Below are positions 30,715 through 43,288 of a stretch of DNA of 64,000 nucleotides, piece by piece. Under the pieces are notes generated by a model. It ran no database searches. It was not told where the DNA came from and saw only the letters and a list, made by a program, of their open reading frames with translations. The translations under genes were made by a program, and so were the position numbers. Every line of letters begins with the position of its first letter. Positions within the stretch are counted from its first letter, which is position 1. The stretch comes from Desulfomicrobium sp. (GTDB lineage Bacteria > Desulfobacterota > Desulfovibrionia > Desulfovibrionales > Desulfomicrobiaceae). The DNA lies in assembly GCA_040768745.1 (NCBI GenBank), contig JAXGMI010000001.1, forward strand, positions 1,838,032 through 1,902,031. The letters are read 5' to 3'.

Positions 30715-32069
30715 TCATGACCCTGCATGACGCCGCCAGTGCCATTGGCGCCAGTGTGGATGACAACCGGGAAATGGAAGTGACCCGGGTTTGCATCGAC
30801 AGCCGGGCCGTGCAGAAGGGCGACCTGTTTTTCTGCATCGTGGGACAGCGGCTGGACGGACATGAATTCGCCGCCCAGGCAGTGGCCGGGGGGGCCTGTG
30901 CAGTTGTGGCCAGCACCCCGCTGGATCTGGCCGTGCCGGTGCTGCTGGTCAGGGATACGACATTGGCCCTGGGTCGTTTGGCCAGGATGTGGCGGGAGAG
31001 GAGCAGGGCCAGGGTCGTCGGAGTGACGGGCTCGGCAGGCAAGACCACGGCCAAGGAGATGCTGGCGCACGTGCTGTCCAAGGCCGGCAAAACGGCCAAA
31101 AACTTCCGCAATCTGAACAACCAGGTCGGCCTGCCCCTGTCCATTCTGGAGATGTGTGGAGACGAGGATTTCTGGGTTCTGGAATTGGGTGTCAGCAGGC
31201 CGGGGGACATGGACGAACTGGGATACATCCTGGCCCCGGACGCGGCCCTGGTGGTCAATATCGGACCGTGTCATCTGGAAGGACTGGGCAGTTTGGCTGG
31301 CGTTGCCCGGGAAAAGAGCATCCTGCTGGATCATGTCCGCCCCGGTGGATTTGCCTGCATCAGCGCCGATTATCCCCTCCTGGTCGCAGAAGGAAACAAG
31401 CGAAATCTGCGCCGGGTCAGCTTTTCCGCACGGAGCAATACGGCCGACTACGTCTGTCTGGGACGCGAACAAACGCAGCAGGGCTTTGTGTACGCCCTGC
31501 AGGCCCAAGGGCGGAAGAACTCGGTCCATGTTCCGGCCAGCGTGCACGTGGCTGAGAATGTGGCCGCAGTAGCAGCCATGGCCATGGAACTGGGCATGAC
31601 CGTCAGCGACATCGAGGCGGGTCTCAATGGGTATGCCCCGGTAGCGCAGCGTTTTGTGCAGACCCGTATCGGCTCCTGGACGCTGATCGACGACACCTAC
31701 AATGCCAATCCCGTGTCCATGGCCCGTTCCATCGCCGAGGCGGAAGATCTGGCCAAGGGCAAGCGACTGGTGCTGGTCCTGGCGGACATGCGTGAGCTTG
31801 GGGAGGACGCAGCTCGCGCGCACCGGGAACTGGGAGAGCGTATCGCAAGGTCCGGGGCCAGCCACGTCTTTTTTCACGGCCAGCATGCAGCGGACGTGGC
31901 CGCCGGGCTGAAAGAGTTCAAAGGTCGCTTTATGGCGGTGCAGAGCGCTGAGGAAGTGCTGCAGGCGTTGCAGTCCCAACGCCAGGAAGCCGGAGTGATG
32001 CTTTTCAAGGGATCGAGAAGCTGTAAAATGGAAAACTACTATTCTTTTCTGGAGAGGAACTGGGCGTGA
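30711..32069 (+). CDS. murF: UDP-MurNAc-pentapeptide synthetase
   Basis: GSAGKTT, NNQVG, DTYNANP, KGSR. Confidence 0.95.
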   Translation: MIMTLHDAASAIGASVDDNREMEVTRVCIDSRAVQKGDLFFCIVGQRLDGHEFAAQAVAGGACAVVASTPLDLAVPVLLVRDTTLALGRLARMWRERSRARVVGVTGSAGKTTAKEMLAHVLSKAGKTAKNFRNLNNQVGLPLSILEMCGDEDFWVLELGVSRPGDMDELGYILAPDAALVVNIGPCHLEGLGSLAGVAREKSILLDHVRPGGFACISADYPLLVAEGNKRNLRRVSFSARSNTADYVCLGREQTQQGFVYALQAQGRKNSVHVPASVHVAENVAAVAAMAMELGMTVSDIEAGLNGYAPVAQRFVQTRIGSWTLIDDTYNANPVSMARSIAEAEDLAKGKRLVLVLADMRELGEDAARAHRELGERIARSGASHVFFHGQHAADVAAGLKEFKGRFMAVQSAEEVLQALQSQRQEAGVMLFKGSRSCKMENYYSFLERNWA

Positions 32070-33142
32070 TCTACCACCTCCTCTACCCCTTGAGCGACCA
32101 GTTCAGCATCCTGAACGTATTCCGGTACATCACGTTCCGGTCGATCTACGCCATGCTGACGGCCCTCATACTTTCCATCATCATCGGTCCGACGTGCATC
32201 AACTGGCTGCGCAAGCTCAAGTTCGGACAGCAGATCAAGGAATGCGGGCCGGATCACCAGAGCAAGAGCGGCACCCCGACCATGGGCGGTCTTCTTTTCG
32301 GGTTCTGCATGCTTTTGAGCGTCCTGCTGTGGGGGGATCTGACCAACAAGTTCGTGTGGCTGACCATCATGGTCTTTGTGGGCTTCGGGGCGGTCGGTTT
32401 TACCGACGACTTCATCAAGGTGGTCCGCAAGCACAACGACGGACTTTCCCCCCGGGGCAAGCTTCTGGGTCAGCTTGTCATCAGCCTGGGCGCGGTCTCT
32501 CTGCTGGTCTCCTTCCCGGAATACTCGACGCGGCTTATGGTTCCGTTTTTCAAGAATTTCCAGCCGGACCTGTCCTGGGTGTACGTGCCCGTGGGCATGT
32601 TCGTCATGATCGGAGCTTCCAACGGCGTCAATCTGACGGACGGGTTGGACGGACTGGCCATCGGTCCGGCCGTGGTTTCCGCCGGCTGCTTCGCCCTGTT
32701 TGTTTATGTGGCCGGACACGTGAACATGGCCAGCTACCTGCAAGTTGCCTACATCCCGGGGGTTGGTGAGGTGACCGTCATCTGCGGGTCCATGATCGGC
32801 GCAGGTCTGGGCTTCCTGTGGTTCAACGCCTTTCCGGCCCAGGTGTTCATGGGCGATGTAGGCAGTCTGAGCATCGGCGGCACCCTCGGGTTTATTGCTG
32901 TTCTCTGCAAACAGGAGTTGCTGCTGGTGATTGTGGGCGGACTGTTCGTCGTCGAAACCCTCTCCGTCATCCTGCAGGTTGGCTATTTCAAGGTGAGTGG
33001 AGGGAAGAGAATTTTCCGCATGGCGCCCTTGCACCATCATTTTGAAAAGAAAGGGCTGCACGAGTCCAAAATCATCATCCGTTTCTGGATCCTCTCTCTG
33101 CTCCTGGCAGTCATGGCTCTGGGAACCCTCAAGTTGCGGTAG
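32066..33142 (+). CDS. mraY: Phospho-MurNAc-pentapeptide transferase
   Basis: [31 protein letters not shown]. Confidence 0.97.
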   Translation: MIYHLLYPLSDQFSILNVFRYITFRSIYAMLTALILSIIIGPTCINWLRKLKFGQQIKECGPDHQSKSGTPTMGGLLFGFCMLLSVLLWGDLTNKFVWLTIMVFVGFGAVGFTDDFIKVVRKHNDGLSPRGKLLGQLVISLGAVSLLVSFPEYSTRLMVPFFKNFQPDLSWVYVPVGMFVMIGASNGVNLTDGLDGLAIGPAVVSAGCFALFVYVAGHVNMASYLQVAYIPGVGEVTVICGSMIGAGLGFLWFNAFPAQVFMGDVGSLSIGGTLGFIAVLCKQELLLVIVGGLFVVETLSVILQVGYFKVSGGKRIFRMAPLHHHFEKKGLHESKIIIRFWILSLLLAVMALGTLKLR

Positions 33143-33149
33143 GCGGGTC

Positions 33150-34442
33150 ATGCGCGAATTCATCCATACCAATCAGCTCCGCGGACACCAGGCAGTGGTC
33201 CTGGGCGCCGGAACCTCTGGCATTGCAGCTGCACGGCTTCTGGTCCGGCTGGGAGCGACGGTCCGCCTGCTGGAAAGGAATGCGGCCAGTGCCGCGAAGG
33301 TGCCGACGGATCTGGGTTTTGACGTCATTGGAGGTGAACACAGGCCCCAGGACTTGGCCGGCGCCCATCTAGTGGTGCTCAGCCCCGGGATTCCCAGGGC
33401 CAAAGTGGCATTTCTCATGCCGCAAAGGGCGCAGGTCATCTCAGAACTCGAACTGGCCAGCTGGTTTGTATCGGAACCCACTATCGCCGTCACCGGAACC
33501 AACGGCAAGACCACGACCACGACCCTGATCAGCCGCATCCTGCAGCACAACGGCAAGAAGGTCTTCACGGGCGGGAACATCGGCACGCCCTTGTGCGAAT
33601 ACCTGCTCGGTGACGAGCAGGCGGATGTCCTGGTGCTGGAGGTGTCCAGCTTTCAGCTGCAGAACTCTCCGTCCTTTCATCCCCGGGTCGGGGTACTGCT
33701 CAATTTTTCCGCCAACCATCTGGATTACCATGCGGACATGGAAGAATATCTGTCCGCCAAGCTGTCCATGTTCGCCCACATGGATACCGCGGACCTGGCC
33801 GTGGTGCCCCTGTCCATGAAGGACGAGCTGGAGGGCAGAAGGTTCACTGCAGCCCGGCGTGTCTATTTCGTGGCCACCAAACGATTCGTCTGTCCGGGTC
33901 TGCCCGGTGAACACAATCAAGAGAACATGGAGGCTGCCTTCCTTGCCTGCCGCGAATTCGGGCTGACCCAGGAAGAGGTGCAGAGCGGGATCGAGGGGTT
34001 TACCTCTCTGCCTCATCGTCTGGAAGCAGTAACAGAGCATGGAGGCGTGGTGTATGTGGATGATTCGAAGTCCACGACCATCGACTCCATGATTGCGGCC
34101 CTCAAAAGTCAGGATCGGCCGGTGCGTCTGTTGGCAGGAGGGGTTTTCAAGGGCGGCGACCTGCATGCGGTGCTGCCGCTCATCCGCGAACGGGTCAGGG
34201 GAATCTATCTGTTCGGGGCGTCGCGGGATGTCTTCGAGTCGGCCTGGAAGCAGTGCGGGCCTGAAATCACCTGGGATCCGACCCTGGAGGATGCTGTGCT
34301 CCGGGCTGCCTCCGCGGCCGGCAGCGGAGAGTGCGTCCTGCTGTCTCCGGCCACAGCGAGTTTCGACCTCTTTGCCAACTACAAGGAACGCGGCAAGGCC
34401 TTCCAGCGAGCCGTCCGCCAATGGGTGGAGGGTACAACATGA
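33150..34442 (+). CDS. murD: UDP-MurNAc-L-Ala:D-Glu ligase
   Basis: [37 protein letters not shown]. Confidence 0.95.
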   Translation: MREFIHTNQLRGHQAVVLGAGTSGIAAARLLVRLGATVRLLERNAASAAKVPTDLGFDVIGGEHRPQDLAGAHLVVLSPGIPRAKVAFLMPQRAQVISELELASWFVSEPTIAVTGTNGKTTTTTLISRILQHNGKKVFTGGNIGTPLCEYLLGDEQADVLVLEVSSFQLQNSPSFHPRVGVLLNFSANHLDYHADMEEYLSAKLSMFAHMDTADLAVVPLSMKDELEGRRFTAARRVYFVATKRFVCPGLPGEHNQENMEAAFLACREFGLTQEEVQSGIEGFTSLPHRLEAVTEHGGVVYVDDSKSTTIDSMIAALKSQDRPVRLLAGGVFKGGDLHAVLPLIRERVRGIYLFGASRDVFESAWKQCGPEITWDPTLEDAVLRAASAAGSGECVLLSPATASFDLFANYKERGKAFQRAVRQWVEGTT

Positions 34443-35560
34443 AGATCACCCAGCGTGAAGTTGCCCGCCAGCTTCTGAACTTCGACTATGTCCTGCTCGG
34501 GGCCGTCATCTGCCTGTCCTCTCTGGGGCTGATCATGGTCATGAGTGCCAGCGGAATCATGGCAGAAAAGGTTTTTGGGGACAAATACGCCCTGTTCTGG
34601 AAGCAGGCTGCGTTCATGGTCGCAGGTTTCGGCGTGCTTGCCGTCACCGCCCGCGCGGACATGCAGTTTTTTTATCGGCATACCTATATCTGGCTGATAT
34701 TGGCGGCCATGTTGCTGCTTCTGACCGTTTTCTCGCCCTTGTCGACCAAGGCCGGCGGAGCCAGCCGCTGGCTGCGGCTCGGTCCGGTATCCATCCAGCC
34801 CCTGGAAGCGGCAAAGATCGCTCTGGTCTTTTATCTGTCCTACTTTTTCGCCAACAAACAGGAGATGGTCAAAACCTTCAGCGTGGGATTCCTGCCACCC
34901 ATCCTGATGACCGGAGCCCTGTGCCTGCTTCTGCTGCTGCAGCCGGACTTCGGGGGTGCTGTTTTTCTGGCGGCCCTGCTTTTCCTGATGTGCCTTGTGG
35001 GCGGGACCCGGATCATCTTTCTGGGCTCTGCCGTAATGCTCGCGGTGGTTTCGGCCATCTTGCTGGTGGTCAATTCACCCTATCGATTCCGCCGTTTCTT
35101 TGCCTTCCTTGACCCATTCAAGGACGCCCAGAACAGCGGATATCAACTCGTGCAGTCTCTCTACGGTCTGGGCTCAGGTGGATGGGTCGGCCAGGGACTG
35201 GGTGAAGGCAAGCAGAAGCTTTTTTTCCTGCCCGAAGCCCACAACGATTTCATCATGTCCGTGGTTGGCGAAGAGCTGGGTTTTGTGGGCATCTCATTCA
35301 TCGTCATGTTGTTTGGGCTGGTCCTGTGGCGAACAGTCGCGATCAGCATCCGGCAGACGTCCATGCATAACCGGATCACGGCCTTCGGCATGGGTGCGAT
35401 CCTGATCATCGGAGGTTTGCTGAACATGGGCGTGGTCCTTGGAGCCATTCCGCCCAAAGGGGTGCCCATGCCGTTCTTGAGTTACGGCGGCAGCCATCTC
35501 CTGGCTGGTTTTTTCTGTATCGGCGTGCTGCTGAACCTCTCACGCAAGGTCAAGGGATGA
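34439..35560 (+). CDS. ftsW: SEDS peptidoglycan polymerase FtsW
   Basis: [31 protein letters not shown]. Confidence 0.95.
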   Translation: MKITQREVARQLLNFDYVLLGAVICLSSLGLIMVMSASGIMAEKVFGDKYALFWKQAAFMVAGFGVLAVTARADMQFFYRHTYIWLILAAMLLLLTVFSPLSTKAGGASRWLRLGPVSIQPLEAAKIALVFYLSYFFANKQEMVKTFSVGFLPPILMTGALCLLLLLQPDFGGAVFLAALLFLMCLVGGTRIIFLGSAVMLAVVSAILLVVNSPYRFRRFFAFLDPFKDAQNSGYQLVQSLYGLGSGGWVGQGLGEGKQKLFFLPEAHNDFIMSVVGEELGFVGISFIVMLFGLVLWRTVAISIRQTSMHNRITAFGMGAILIIGGLLNMGVVLGAIPPKGVPMPFLSYGGSHLLAGFFCIGVLLNLSRKVKG

Positions 35561-36624
35561 AGCGGCTGATCCTGACCACAGGGGGCACCGGAGGCCATAT
35601 TTTCCCTGCCTTGGCAGTGGCTGAGTCGGTGCGCGCGCTGGTGCCTGAATGTGAGATCCTCTTTGTGGGTGGCGAACGTGGTCCGGAACGCGAATGGGCG
35701 GCAAGGGCCCATGTCGGGTTTGCAGCCCTGCCGGCTCAGGGGGTTGTCGGACGCGGCCTGAAAAGCGCGGCCACGGCGTGGTGGCTGGGCAAAAGTCTGG
35801 TCAAGGCCTGGCAGCTGCTCAAGGCATTCAGGCCCGACGTGGTCCTCGGACTGGGCGGGTACGCGGGATTTTCCTGCACCCTGGCAGCGACGTTCATGGG
35901 TATCCCTTCGGCCATCCACGAGCAGAACAGCATCCCGGGTATCGCCAACAGGGTTTTGGCCAAACGGGTGGACCGCATCCTGGTCAGTTTTCCGGACATG
36001 GATGCACCGGAATTCAGCGGAGACAATGCCGTCCTGACAGGCAATCCCATCCGCAGGAGCATCCGTCATCTTCGGGACGAGCAGAGGGGATCGGGCCGCA
36101 ACATCCTGGTCATCGGCGGAAGCCAGGGTGCTTCGGCGTTGAACAGATTCATGGTGCGGGAGTTGGACAGTTTCCGCAGCCAGGGTTTCAAGATCTGGCA
36201 TCAGACCGGGCAGGATGAAGTCGAAAAGGTGCGGGCCGCCTACGCGGGGAAACATCAGGACGCCCGCGTGGAAGCCTTCATCGAGGACATGCACGAGGCG
36301 TATGCCTTTGCGGATCTGGTCATCTGCCGGGCCGGAGCCACAACCATCGCCGAACTGACGGCAGCGGGGAAGCCAAGCGTGCTGGTGCCCTTTCCCTACG
36401 CCACGCATGACCATCAGCTCAAGAACGCCCGGTTTTTGGAAAAAAACGGGGCGGCCCTGGTTTTCCAGCAGAGTCAGCTGGAAAACCTCAGCTTGGCCTC
36501 GGCCGTAGGCGACCTGTTCGAGGTTCATGAGCGACTGGCAAGAATGGGCCGGGCCGCGCGGGAAATAGGCATTCCCGATGCCGGGGAGCGGGTGGTCAAC
36601 GAACTTTTGGCCCTGGCGGCATAG
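35557..36624 (+). CDS. murG: Lipid II GlcNAc transferase
   Basis: [25 protein letters not shown]. Confidence 0.96.
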   Translation: MKRLILTTGGTGGHIFPALAVAESVRALVPECEILFVGGERGPEREWAARAHVGFAALPAQGVVGRGLKSAATAWWLGKSLVKAWQLLKAFRPDVVLGLGGYAGFSCTLAATFMGIPSAIHEQNSIPGIANRVLAKRVDRILVSFPDMDAPEFSGDNAVLTGNPIRRSIRHLRDEQRGSGRNILVIGGSQGASALNRFMVRELDSFRSQGFKIWHQTGQDEVEKVRAAYAGKHQDARVEAFIEDMHEAYAFADLVICRAGATTIAELTAAGKPSVLVPFPYATHDHQLKNARFLEKNGAALVFQQSQLENLSLASAVGDLFEVHERLARMGRAAREIGIPDAGERVVNELLALAA

Positions 36625-36637
36625 GACCGGAGAAAGA

Positions 36638-38011
36638 ATGAGTATGAAATCAAAGATCAAAAGAATTCATATGGTCGGCATCGGCGGCGCAGGCATGAGC
36701 GGCATCGCGGAAGTGCTGATCAACCTGGGCTACTCGGTCTCCGGCTCTGACTTGGTCAGAAGTCCTGTGGCGCAGCGCCTGGAATCTCTCGGGGCAGAGG
36801 TATCCATCGGCCATGCCCGGGAGAATGTGCGCGACGCCCAGGTCCTGGTCCGCTCTTCGGCTGTACGCGACGACAACCCCGAGCTGGCCGAGGCCCGGAC
36901 CAAGGGCATCCCCATTATTCCCAGGGCCGAGATGCTGGCTGAGCTGATGCGTCTGAAGACAGGCGTGGCTGTGGCCGGCACGCACGGCAAGACCACGACC
37001 ACCTCTCTGCTGGCCACGATCTTCATGGAGGCTGGCCTCGATCCCACGGTCATCATTGGGGGACGGCTCAACGCCTACGGGGCCAACGCCATGCTGGGCC
37101 AGGGCCGGTATCTCATTGCCGAGGCCGACGAGTCCGATGGGTCTTTTCTGTGCCTCTTGCCGCGCATGTCCATTGTCACAAACGTGGACGCGGACCATCT
37201 CGATTTCTACAAAAATCTGGATGAGATCCGAAACAGTTTTGTGGATTTCATGAACAGCGTGCCATTCTACGGACTGAACGTGGTGTGCGGGGATGACCCC
37301 GGGGTGCAGTCCATTCTGCATCGGGTGCGGCGCCCTGTCCTGGCCTACGGCTTCGGGGATGGGAACGCTTTGAGGGCAGAGATCATCGCCTGCGCTGCGG
37401 GATCCCGTTTCAATGTCTTCCGCCACCAGGAGTTCTGGGGTGAGGTTTCCCTGGCACACCCCGGCCGGCACAACGTCCTGAACGCCCTGGCCGCTATCGG
37501 TGTGGCCATTGAAGCCGGGGTGCCCAGAAAGGACATCATCCGCGGATTGGCCTCCTTTGCCGGAGTGGGACGGCGGTTTGAGCACAAGGGCACGAAAAAC
37601 GGCGTGCTGGTGGTGGACGATTACGGCCATCATCCCACGGAAATCGCAGCCACCCTTGAAACGGCGCGCCTCTGCTACCCGGACAAACGACTGGTGGTGG
37701 CTTTTCAGCCCCACCGGTTCACCCGTACGCAGGCCCTGTTCGGGGATTTCTCCAAGGTTTTCGAAAAGGTGGACCAGCTGCTGTTGACCGAGATCTATCC
37801 GGCCAGCGAGTCGCCGATTCCTGGAGTGAGTGGGCAGAGCCTGGCCCAGGCCATCAGGCAGGTGACCGCCACACCGGTGCGGTTTTTCGAGGATTTCGGG
37901 GCCATGCAGGCGGCACTGCCTGAAATCCTGCGGCCTGGGGACCTGTTTCTGACCCTGGGCGCCGGGAGCATCTGGACCGTTGGTCAGAGCTATCTGGAAG
38001 GCAAGGAATAA
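36638..38011 (+). CDS. murC: UDP-MurNAc:L-Ala ligase
   Basis: [32 protein letters not shown]. Confidence 0.96.
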   Translation: MSMKSKIKRIHMVGIGGAGMSGIAEVLINLGYSVSGSDLVRSPVAQRLESLGAEVSIGHARENVRDAQVLVRSSAVRDDNPELAEARTKGIPIIPRAEMLAELMRLKTGVAVAGTHGKTTTTSLLATIFMEAGLDPTVIIGGRLNAYGANAMLGQGRYLIAEADESDGSFLCLLPRMSIVTNVDADHLDFYKNLDEIRNSFVDFMNSVPFYGLNVVCGDDPGVQSILHRVRRPVLAYGFGDGNALRAEIIACAAGSRFNVFRHQEFWGEVSLAHPGRHNVLNALAAIGVAIEAGVPRKDIIRGLASFAGVGRRFEHKGTKNGVLVVDDYGHHPTEIAATLETARLCYPDKRLVVAFQPHRFTRTQALFGDFSKVFEKVDQLLLTEIYPASESPIPGVSGQSLAQAIRQVTATPVRFFEDFGAMQAALPEILRPGDLFLTLGAGSIWTVGQSYLEGKE

Positions 38012-38016
38012 GGACC

Positions 38017-38862
38017 ATGAACGTGGCGGTGATGGGCAAAAAGGTCCGCAGGAACATTCCCAAAAGGACCGAACGCAAGAAATCCGTGACCACGGGTGAA
38101 CTGGTCAACGGGTTTGCCGTGGGCTTCGGACGGACAATGGCCACGGCGGTGCAGTGGGCCTTCATGCTCGCCTTTCTTGGGACCGTGAGCTTCGGCATTC
38201 TTTATGCCTATCGTTGGGTGACCACCCATGAATTTTTTGCCCTGCTCAACCTCGATATCCGCGGCGGTCAGCGTCTGAATGCGGAGGAAATCGCCAATCT
38301 CGGCGGCGTGAAGCAGGGCAGCAACGTTCTCGGCATAAATATCGCCGACGTGCAGAGCCGGATCGAGGCCTGCGAATGGGTGGAACGTGTTTCCGTGACG
38401 CGCATTCTGCCCGACGGACTGGCCATCGAGGTCAAGGAGCGGGAGCCCGCATTCCTGACCAGGCTCGAAGACCAGCTCTACTATGCCGATATCAATGGGC
38501 AGCCCATCGTGGCTGTGGGAGTGGACAAATTCATTTCCCTGCCACTGCTCGAAAAGGAGGATGGCGTGCCGGTGGGAGCCGGAATTCGCACCTTGCTGGA
38601 AGAAATCACCCGCAATGCCCTGCCTTTCGGTATGAGCCAGATGGCCTGGATCAGGCAGGACAGCGCGGAACAGTTCAGCCTGTTGTTGGAGAAGCCTCAG
38701 GTTCTTGTGCAATTGGATGGTACGGATCTGCATGCCACGTTGGCATGTCTGATCAAGCTTTGGGCCGACCTGCAGGACCGGAACGAACTGGATCATGTCG
38801 CATTCATGTTCGTTATGCCGGGCCGGGCATGGATCAGACTCAACGCGGATCAAACACTCTAG
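38017..38862 (+). CDS. ftsQ: Cell division protein FtsQ
   Basis: TM + POTRA-like region; position before ftsA. Confidence 0.8.
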   Translation: MNVAVMGKKVRRNIPKRTERKKSVTTGELVNGFAVGFGRTMATAVQWAFMLAFLGTVSFGILYAYRWVTTHEFFALLNLDIRGGQRLNAEEIANLGGVKQGSNVLGINIADVQSRIEACEWVERVSVTRILPDGLAIEVKEREPAFLTRLEDQLYYADINGQPIVAVGVDKFISLPLLEKEDGVPVGAGIRTLLEEITRNALPFGMSQMAWIRQDSAEQFSLLLEKPQVLVQLDGTDLHATLACLIKLWADLQDRNELDHVAFMFVMPGRAWIRLNADQTL

Positions 38863-38900
38863 GGAAAGCATGCCGGCTGTGCCGGGAGACGAGGAGGAAC

Positions 38901-40127
38901 ATGGCCAAATCTGAATTGATCGTCGGTCTGGATATCGGAACGACCAAAATATGCGCTGTCGTCGGGGAAGTGGGCACCGACGGGGTCGATATCATCGGTA
39001 TTGGGACCAGTCCGTCCACGGGTCTGCGCAAGGGTGTGGTAGTCAATATCGAGCAGACGGTGCAATCCATCAAAAAGGCTCTGGAAGAGGCCGAGCTCAT
39101 GGCCGGCTGCGAGATCCGCTCCGTGTACGCGGGCATCGCCGGCAGCCACATCAAGGGATTCAACAGCCACGGCGTCATCGCGGTCAAGGGTGGCGAGGTC
39201 ACTGCCCGAGACATCGAACGGGTCATTGACGCGGCCAAAGCCGTGGCCATTCCCCTGGACCGGGAAGTCATCCACATCCTGCCCCAGGAATACATTGTCG
39301 ACGACCAGACGGGCATCGCCGATCCGTTGGGCATGGCCGGCGTGCGGCTGGAGGTGAAGGTGCACATCGTCACCGGGGCGGTGACCAGCGCGCAGAACAT
39401 CGTCAAATCCTGTCACAAGTCGGGCCTTGATGTGGAAGACATCGTTCTCGAAGCCTTCGCCTCCTCCAAGGCCGTGCTGACGGATGAAGAGCGCGAGATC
39501 GGCGTGGCCCTGGTGGACATAGGTGGCGGGACCTCGGATCTGGCTATTTTTCATGGCAATTCCATCAAGCATACCGGAGTCATCGCCCTGGGTGGGACCA
39601 ACCTGACCAACGATATCGCTTTTGGTCTGCGCACGCCCACCCAGGCTGCGGAGAAAATCAAGATCAAGTACGGATGCGCTCTGGCAGAACTGGTCCGCAA
39701 GGATGAGATCATCGAGGTTCCGAGCGTGGGCGGCCGCGAGCCGCGCAAGCTGAGCCGGCAGGTTTTGGCCGAGATCTGCGAGCCGCGGATGGAGGAGATG
39801 CTGGCTCTGGTCGATCAGGAGCTGATCCGATCCGGATTCAAGAAGCTCATTGGAGCGGGCGTGGTGCTGACTGGTGGCGCTGCACGCATCGAAGGCATTC
39901 AGGAACTGGCCGAACAGGTCTTCAATCTGCCGACCAGGATGGCCTCGCCTACCGGAGTGGGCGGGCTCAAGGATGTGGTGGACAGCCCCATGTACGCGAC
40001 AGCGGTGGGACTGCTCCTTTATGGCGCGGAAAAGCACGGTCGGGACAACAAGATCCGCATCCGCGACAAGAACATCTTTCAATCCATCCTGGCGCGCATG
40101 AAGAAATGGTTCGTGGACATCAGCTAG
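38901..40127 (+). CDS. ftsA: Cell division protein FtsA
   Basis: GLDIGTTK, DIGGGT, VLTGG. Confidence 0.96.
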   Translation: MAKSELIVGLDIGTTKICAVVGEVGTDGVDIIGIGTSPSTGLRKGVVVNIEQTVQSIKKALEEAELMAGCEIRSVYAGIAGSHIKGFNSHGVIAVKGGEVTARDIERVIDAAKAVAIPLDREVIHILPQEYIVDDQTGIADPLGMAGVRLEVKVHIVTGAVTSAQNIVKSCHKSGLDVEDIVLEAFASSKAVLTDEEREIGVALVDIGGGTSDLAIFHGNSIKHTGVIALGGTNLTNDIAFGLRTPTQAAEKIKIKYGCALAELVRKDEIIEVPSVGGREPRKLSRQVLAEICEPRMEEMLALVDQELIRSGFKKLIGAGVVLTGGAARIEGIQELAEQVFNLPTRMASPTGVGGLKDVVDSPMYATAVGLLLYGAEKHGRDNKIRIRDKNIFQSILARMKKWFVDIS

Positions 40128-40201
40128 GCAAAGGGGAAGTTGGGCGGGTCGGTCAAACCGACGACGGAGTCTGGGATCAACGTCAACGATGAGGGGGAAG
40201 T

Positions 40202-41458
40202 ATGGATTTCCTGGAAATTGAACGCGAAGACAACGCTTTGATCAAAGTCATCGGCATAGGTGGCGGCGGCGGAAATGCGGTGAACAACATGATCAAGGCT
40301 GCCATGCAGGGCGTGACCTTTATTGCGGCCAACACAGACATGCAGGCCCTGAAGCATTCCAAGGCCGAATACAAGATCCAGCTGGGGGACAAGCTGACCA
40401 AGGGTCTGGGAGCCGGGGCCAATCCGGACATGGGCCGGGATGCGGCCCTGGAGAGCCAATCGCAGATCCGCGACGTTCTGGGTGACTGCGACATGGTTTT
40501 CGTCACGGCGGGCATGGGAGGTGGCACCGGCACCGGAGCCGCCCCAGTCATTGCCCAGGTGGCCAAGGATATGGGCGCACTGACCGTGGCTGTGGTGACT
40601 AAGCCCTTTTTCTTCGAGGGCAAGCGCCGGCAGCAGCAGGCTGAGCGGGGCATCAAGGAACTGCGCGAGATCGTGGACAGCATCATCACCATCCCCAACG
40701 ACAGGTTGCTGACCCTGGCGTCCAAGAAGGCTTCTTTCGTGGATATGTTGGCCAAGGCCGACGAGGTCCTCTTCCACGCGGTGAAAGGCATCTCCGATCT
40801 GATCATGGTCCCCGGGCTCATCAACCTGGATTTCGCGGACGTCAAGGCGGTCATGGAAGAGATGGGACTGGCCATGATGGGCACGGGCATCGCTTCAGGC
40901 GATGGACGCGCACGCGAGGCGGCCCTGAAGGCCATCACCAGCCCGCTGTTGGAGGATGTGACCATTGACGGCGCCAGGGGCGTGCTCATGAACATCACCT
41001 GCGGGCCGGATCTGACCATCGAAGAGGTCAGCGAGGCCGCCAGTATCGTGCACGAAGCCGCGCACGAGGATGCGAAAATCTACTTTGGCACCGTCTTTGA
41101 CATGGATTGTGTGGACGAAATGCGCATTACCGTCATTGCCACGGGCATCCAGGACGGCAATATCCCGGTGGAGAAGGGTGGCAAGGTTACGGCTTTCGCA
41201 CCGGCCTCGGGATCAGGCTCTGCCCGCCAAGAAGAAGGGTCCACGCTGATCCGGCCACAGAGGCGGAAGATCACGGTCAATGAAACAACGGATCTGAGCG
41301 TGCCCGCCTATTTGCGCATGGGCAAGGGGCAGCCGGCACTGGATGAACGCCGCATGGAGTCCAGGGTACGGTGCGTGAACGGCGCCGATGATGCGGAATT
41401 CCTGTTTGATGAGGAGGAATTCGAAATCCCGTCGTTCATCAGGAAGCAGGCGGATTAA
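40202..41458 (+). CDS. ftsZ: Cell division protein FtsZ
   Basis: [33 protein letters not shown]. Confidence 0.98.
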   Translation: MDFLEIEREDNALIKVIGIGGGGGNAVNNMIKAAMQGVTFIAANTDMQALKHSKAEYKIQLGDKLTKGLGAGANPDMGRDAALESQSQIRDVLGDCDMVFVTAGMGGGTGTGAAPVIAQVAKDMGALTVAVVTKPFFFEGKRRQQQAERGIKELREIVDSIITIPNDRLLTLASKKASFVDMLAKADEVLFHAVKGISDLIMVPGLINLDFADVKAVMEEMGLAMMGTGIASGDGRAREAALKAITSPLLEDVTIDGARGVLMNITCGPDLTIEEVSEAASIVHEAAHEDAKIYFGTVFDMDCVDEMRITVIATGIQDGNIPVEKGGKVTAFAPASGSGSARQEEGSTLIRPQRRKITVNETTDLSVPAYLRMGKGQPALDERRMESRVRCVNGADDAEFLFDEEEFEIPSFIRKQAD

Positions 41459-41506
41459 ACAGGCCGCATTCTCTTCCACCGGGGCGCCAGCGCCACAGGA
41501 GGGGCT

Positions 41507-43165
41507 GTGTCCGAGCTGTATTTTGGGCGAACAGTCCCGCCGTTGAAGGAATGGGGGGGCCGCCTGCCCGTGGCTCTGGTTTTTCCTGAGCCTGCGGAGC
41601 ATGGCCTCTCCACCCTCGGGTGGCAGGTGGTGTACCGGCTTCTCGCGTCCCGCGAGGATCTGGCGGTGGAACGTTTTTTTTGGGATCCCATTCCCCCGAG
41701 GCCCAGGTCCGTTGACTCCGGACGCGACCTGGGCCTCTTCCCCCTTGTGGCGTTCAGCCTCAACTTCGAAGGCGATTTCCCCGCGGTGCTGCGCATGCTC
41801 GGTGATGCCGGCATCGCGCTGAAGGCAGAGGACCGGCCGGAATGGCCCCTGGTCCTGGCCGGCGGGCCATTGACGTTCCTCAATCCTTTTCCGGTCCTGC
41901 CGGCCTTGGATTGCCTCTTTGTGGGCGAAGCCGAAGCCGGGCTCTCTGCCATGGTCGATCGGGTGGCGGCAGCCTGGATCAAGGGAGAGGAAAAGGCCAC
42001 GGCCCTGGATGCGATTGCCCATCTTCCGGGGGTGCTCGTCCCGGGAAAAAGTCGGCTGCCGGTGCGGCGACAGGTCTGCGTGGAAGGAGATCTGATCCTT
42101 CGCAACCCCGGTTTCTCCTGTTTCGTCAGTTCCGAAGCCCAGTTCCGGGACATGCTTCTGCTGGAGGTCAACCGGGGCTGCCCCTACGGATGCAGGTTCT
42201 GCGCGGCAGGGAGCATCTACAAGCCCCCACGCCACGCGGAGATGGCCCGTCTGCAGGAAGTTGTGCGTTTGTGCGCACCGCACAAGGTCGGCCTGGTGGG
42301 TACGGCCTTGACGGACTGGCCGGACCTGCTGCCCTTTTTGCGCTGGCTGGAGGAGCGCAAGATCAAGTTCTCTCTCTCCTCACTGCGCGCCGACGGGCTT
42401 GATGACGAACTGCTCGAGTTCTTGCGACGTACCGGCACCCGCTCGGTGACCCTGGCCCTGGAAGGAGCCAGCGCACGGCTGCGATCCGCCATGAACAAAC
42501 ATTTCTCGGAAGAAGCCTTTCTGGACGCGGTGCGGCGCATCAGTCGCCTGCAGTTCAACACCCTCAAGCTGTACATGATCACAGGCTGGCCGGATGAAAA
42601 AGAGGAGGACTGGGTCGAGTTCGAGGAATTCCTGGGGCAAATCGACGAGGCCAGACGCCAGGGGCAGGGTATGAGAAGAAAGGGAGTGGATCTCATCTCC
42701 CTTTCCGCCAGCTGTCTGGTGCCCAAGGCCTGGACCCCACTGCAGTGGGCCGGGGTGCACGACGAGGACTGGATCAGGCGGGCCATGAAGCGCCTGAAAA
42801 CTGCCGCAGCCCGTTTCAGGGGAATGCGCTTTACCGGGGAAAATCCGGGTCAGGCACAGGTGCAGGCCTTTCTGGCCCGAAGCGGAGAAGAGATATTCCC
42901 CTTTCTGGAACGGGCTGCGCAGGTCGGTCTCGCTGCTGCGAGCCGGGAATGTGCGGCCACCATCAGGGAAGCGCTGGCAAAGAATCCTGACAAGGACACG
43001 GTGTTCCCGTGGGAGCGCCTGGATGTCGGGGTGTCCCGGAAATTTTTGTATGCGGAATGGAAAAAATATGGCCATGCCCTGCTGACCCCTCCCTGCCCGG
43101 ACAGCGGGTGTCAGGGGTGCAGGCTGTGTGGAATGGATGCCTTCCTGGCTGGATCCCCGCGATAA
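41507..43165 (+). CDS. Radical SAM protein, unknown function
   Basis: RGCPYGCRFC (CxxxCxxC); C-terminal C-x3-C-x2-C-x2-C cluster. Confidence 0.85.
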   Translation: MSELYFGRTVPPLKEWGGRLPVALVFPEPAEHGLSTLGWQVVYRLLASREDLAVERFFWDPIPPRPRSVDSGRDLGLFPLVAFSLNFEGDFPAVLRMLGDAGIALKAEDRPEWPLVLAGGPLTFLNPFPVLPALDCLFVGEAEAGLSAMVDRVAAAWIKGEEKATALDAIAHLPGVLVPGKSRLPVRRQVCVEGDLILRNPGFSCFVSSEAQFRDMLLLEVNRGCPYGCRFCAAGSIYKPPRHAEMARLQEVVRLCAPHKVGLVGTALTDWPDLLPFLRWLEERKIKFSLSSLRADGLDDELLEFLRRTGTRSVTLALEGASARLRSAMNKHFSEEAFLDAVRRISRLQFNTLKLYMITGWPDEKEEDWVEFEEFLGQIDEARRQGQGMRRKGVDLISLSASCLVPKAWTPLQWAGVHDEDWIRRAMKRLKTAAARFRGMRFTGENPGQAQVQAFLARSGEEIFPFLERAAQVGLAAASRECAATIREALAKNPDKDTVFPWERLDVGVSRKFLYAEWKKYGHALLTPPCPDSGCQGCRLCGMDAFLAGSPR

Positions 43166-43288
43166 TGCAGGTGCGGGTCTGGTGACGTTTTTTTGCGGGT
43201 CGGGGCACCGGGGCGGGACAGATCCGGGACGGAGCCCGGGCCATCCACGCCTGGAAACGGGGGGGTATGTTGTCAGACAAGCCGGCGG

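Noticed and set aside
36638..38862. No murB or ddl between murC and ftsQ
   Set aside because: Common dcw variation; the genes are likely elsewhere
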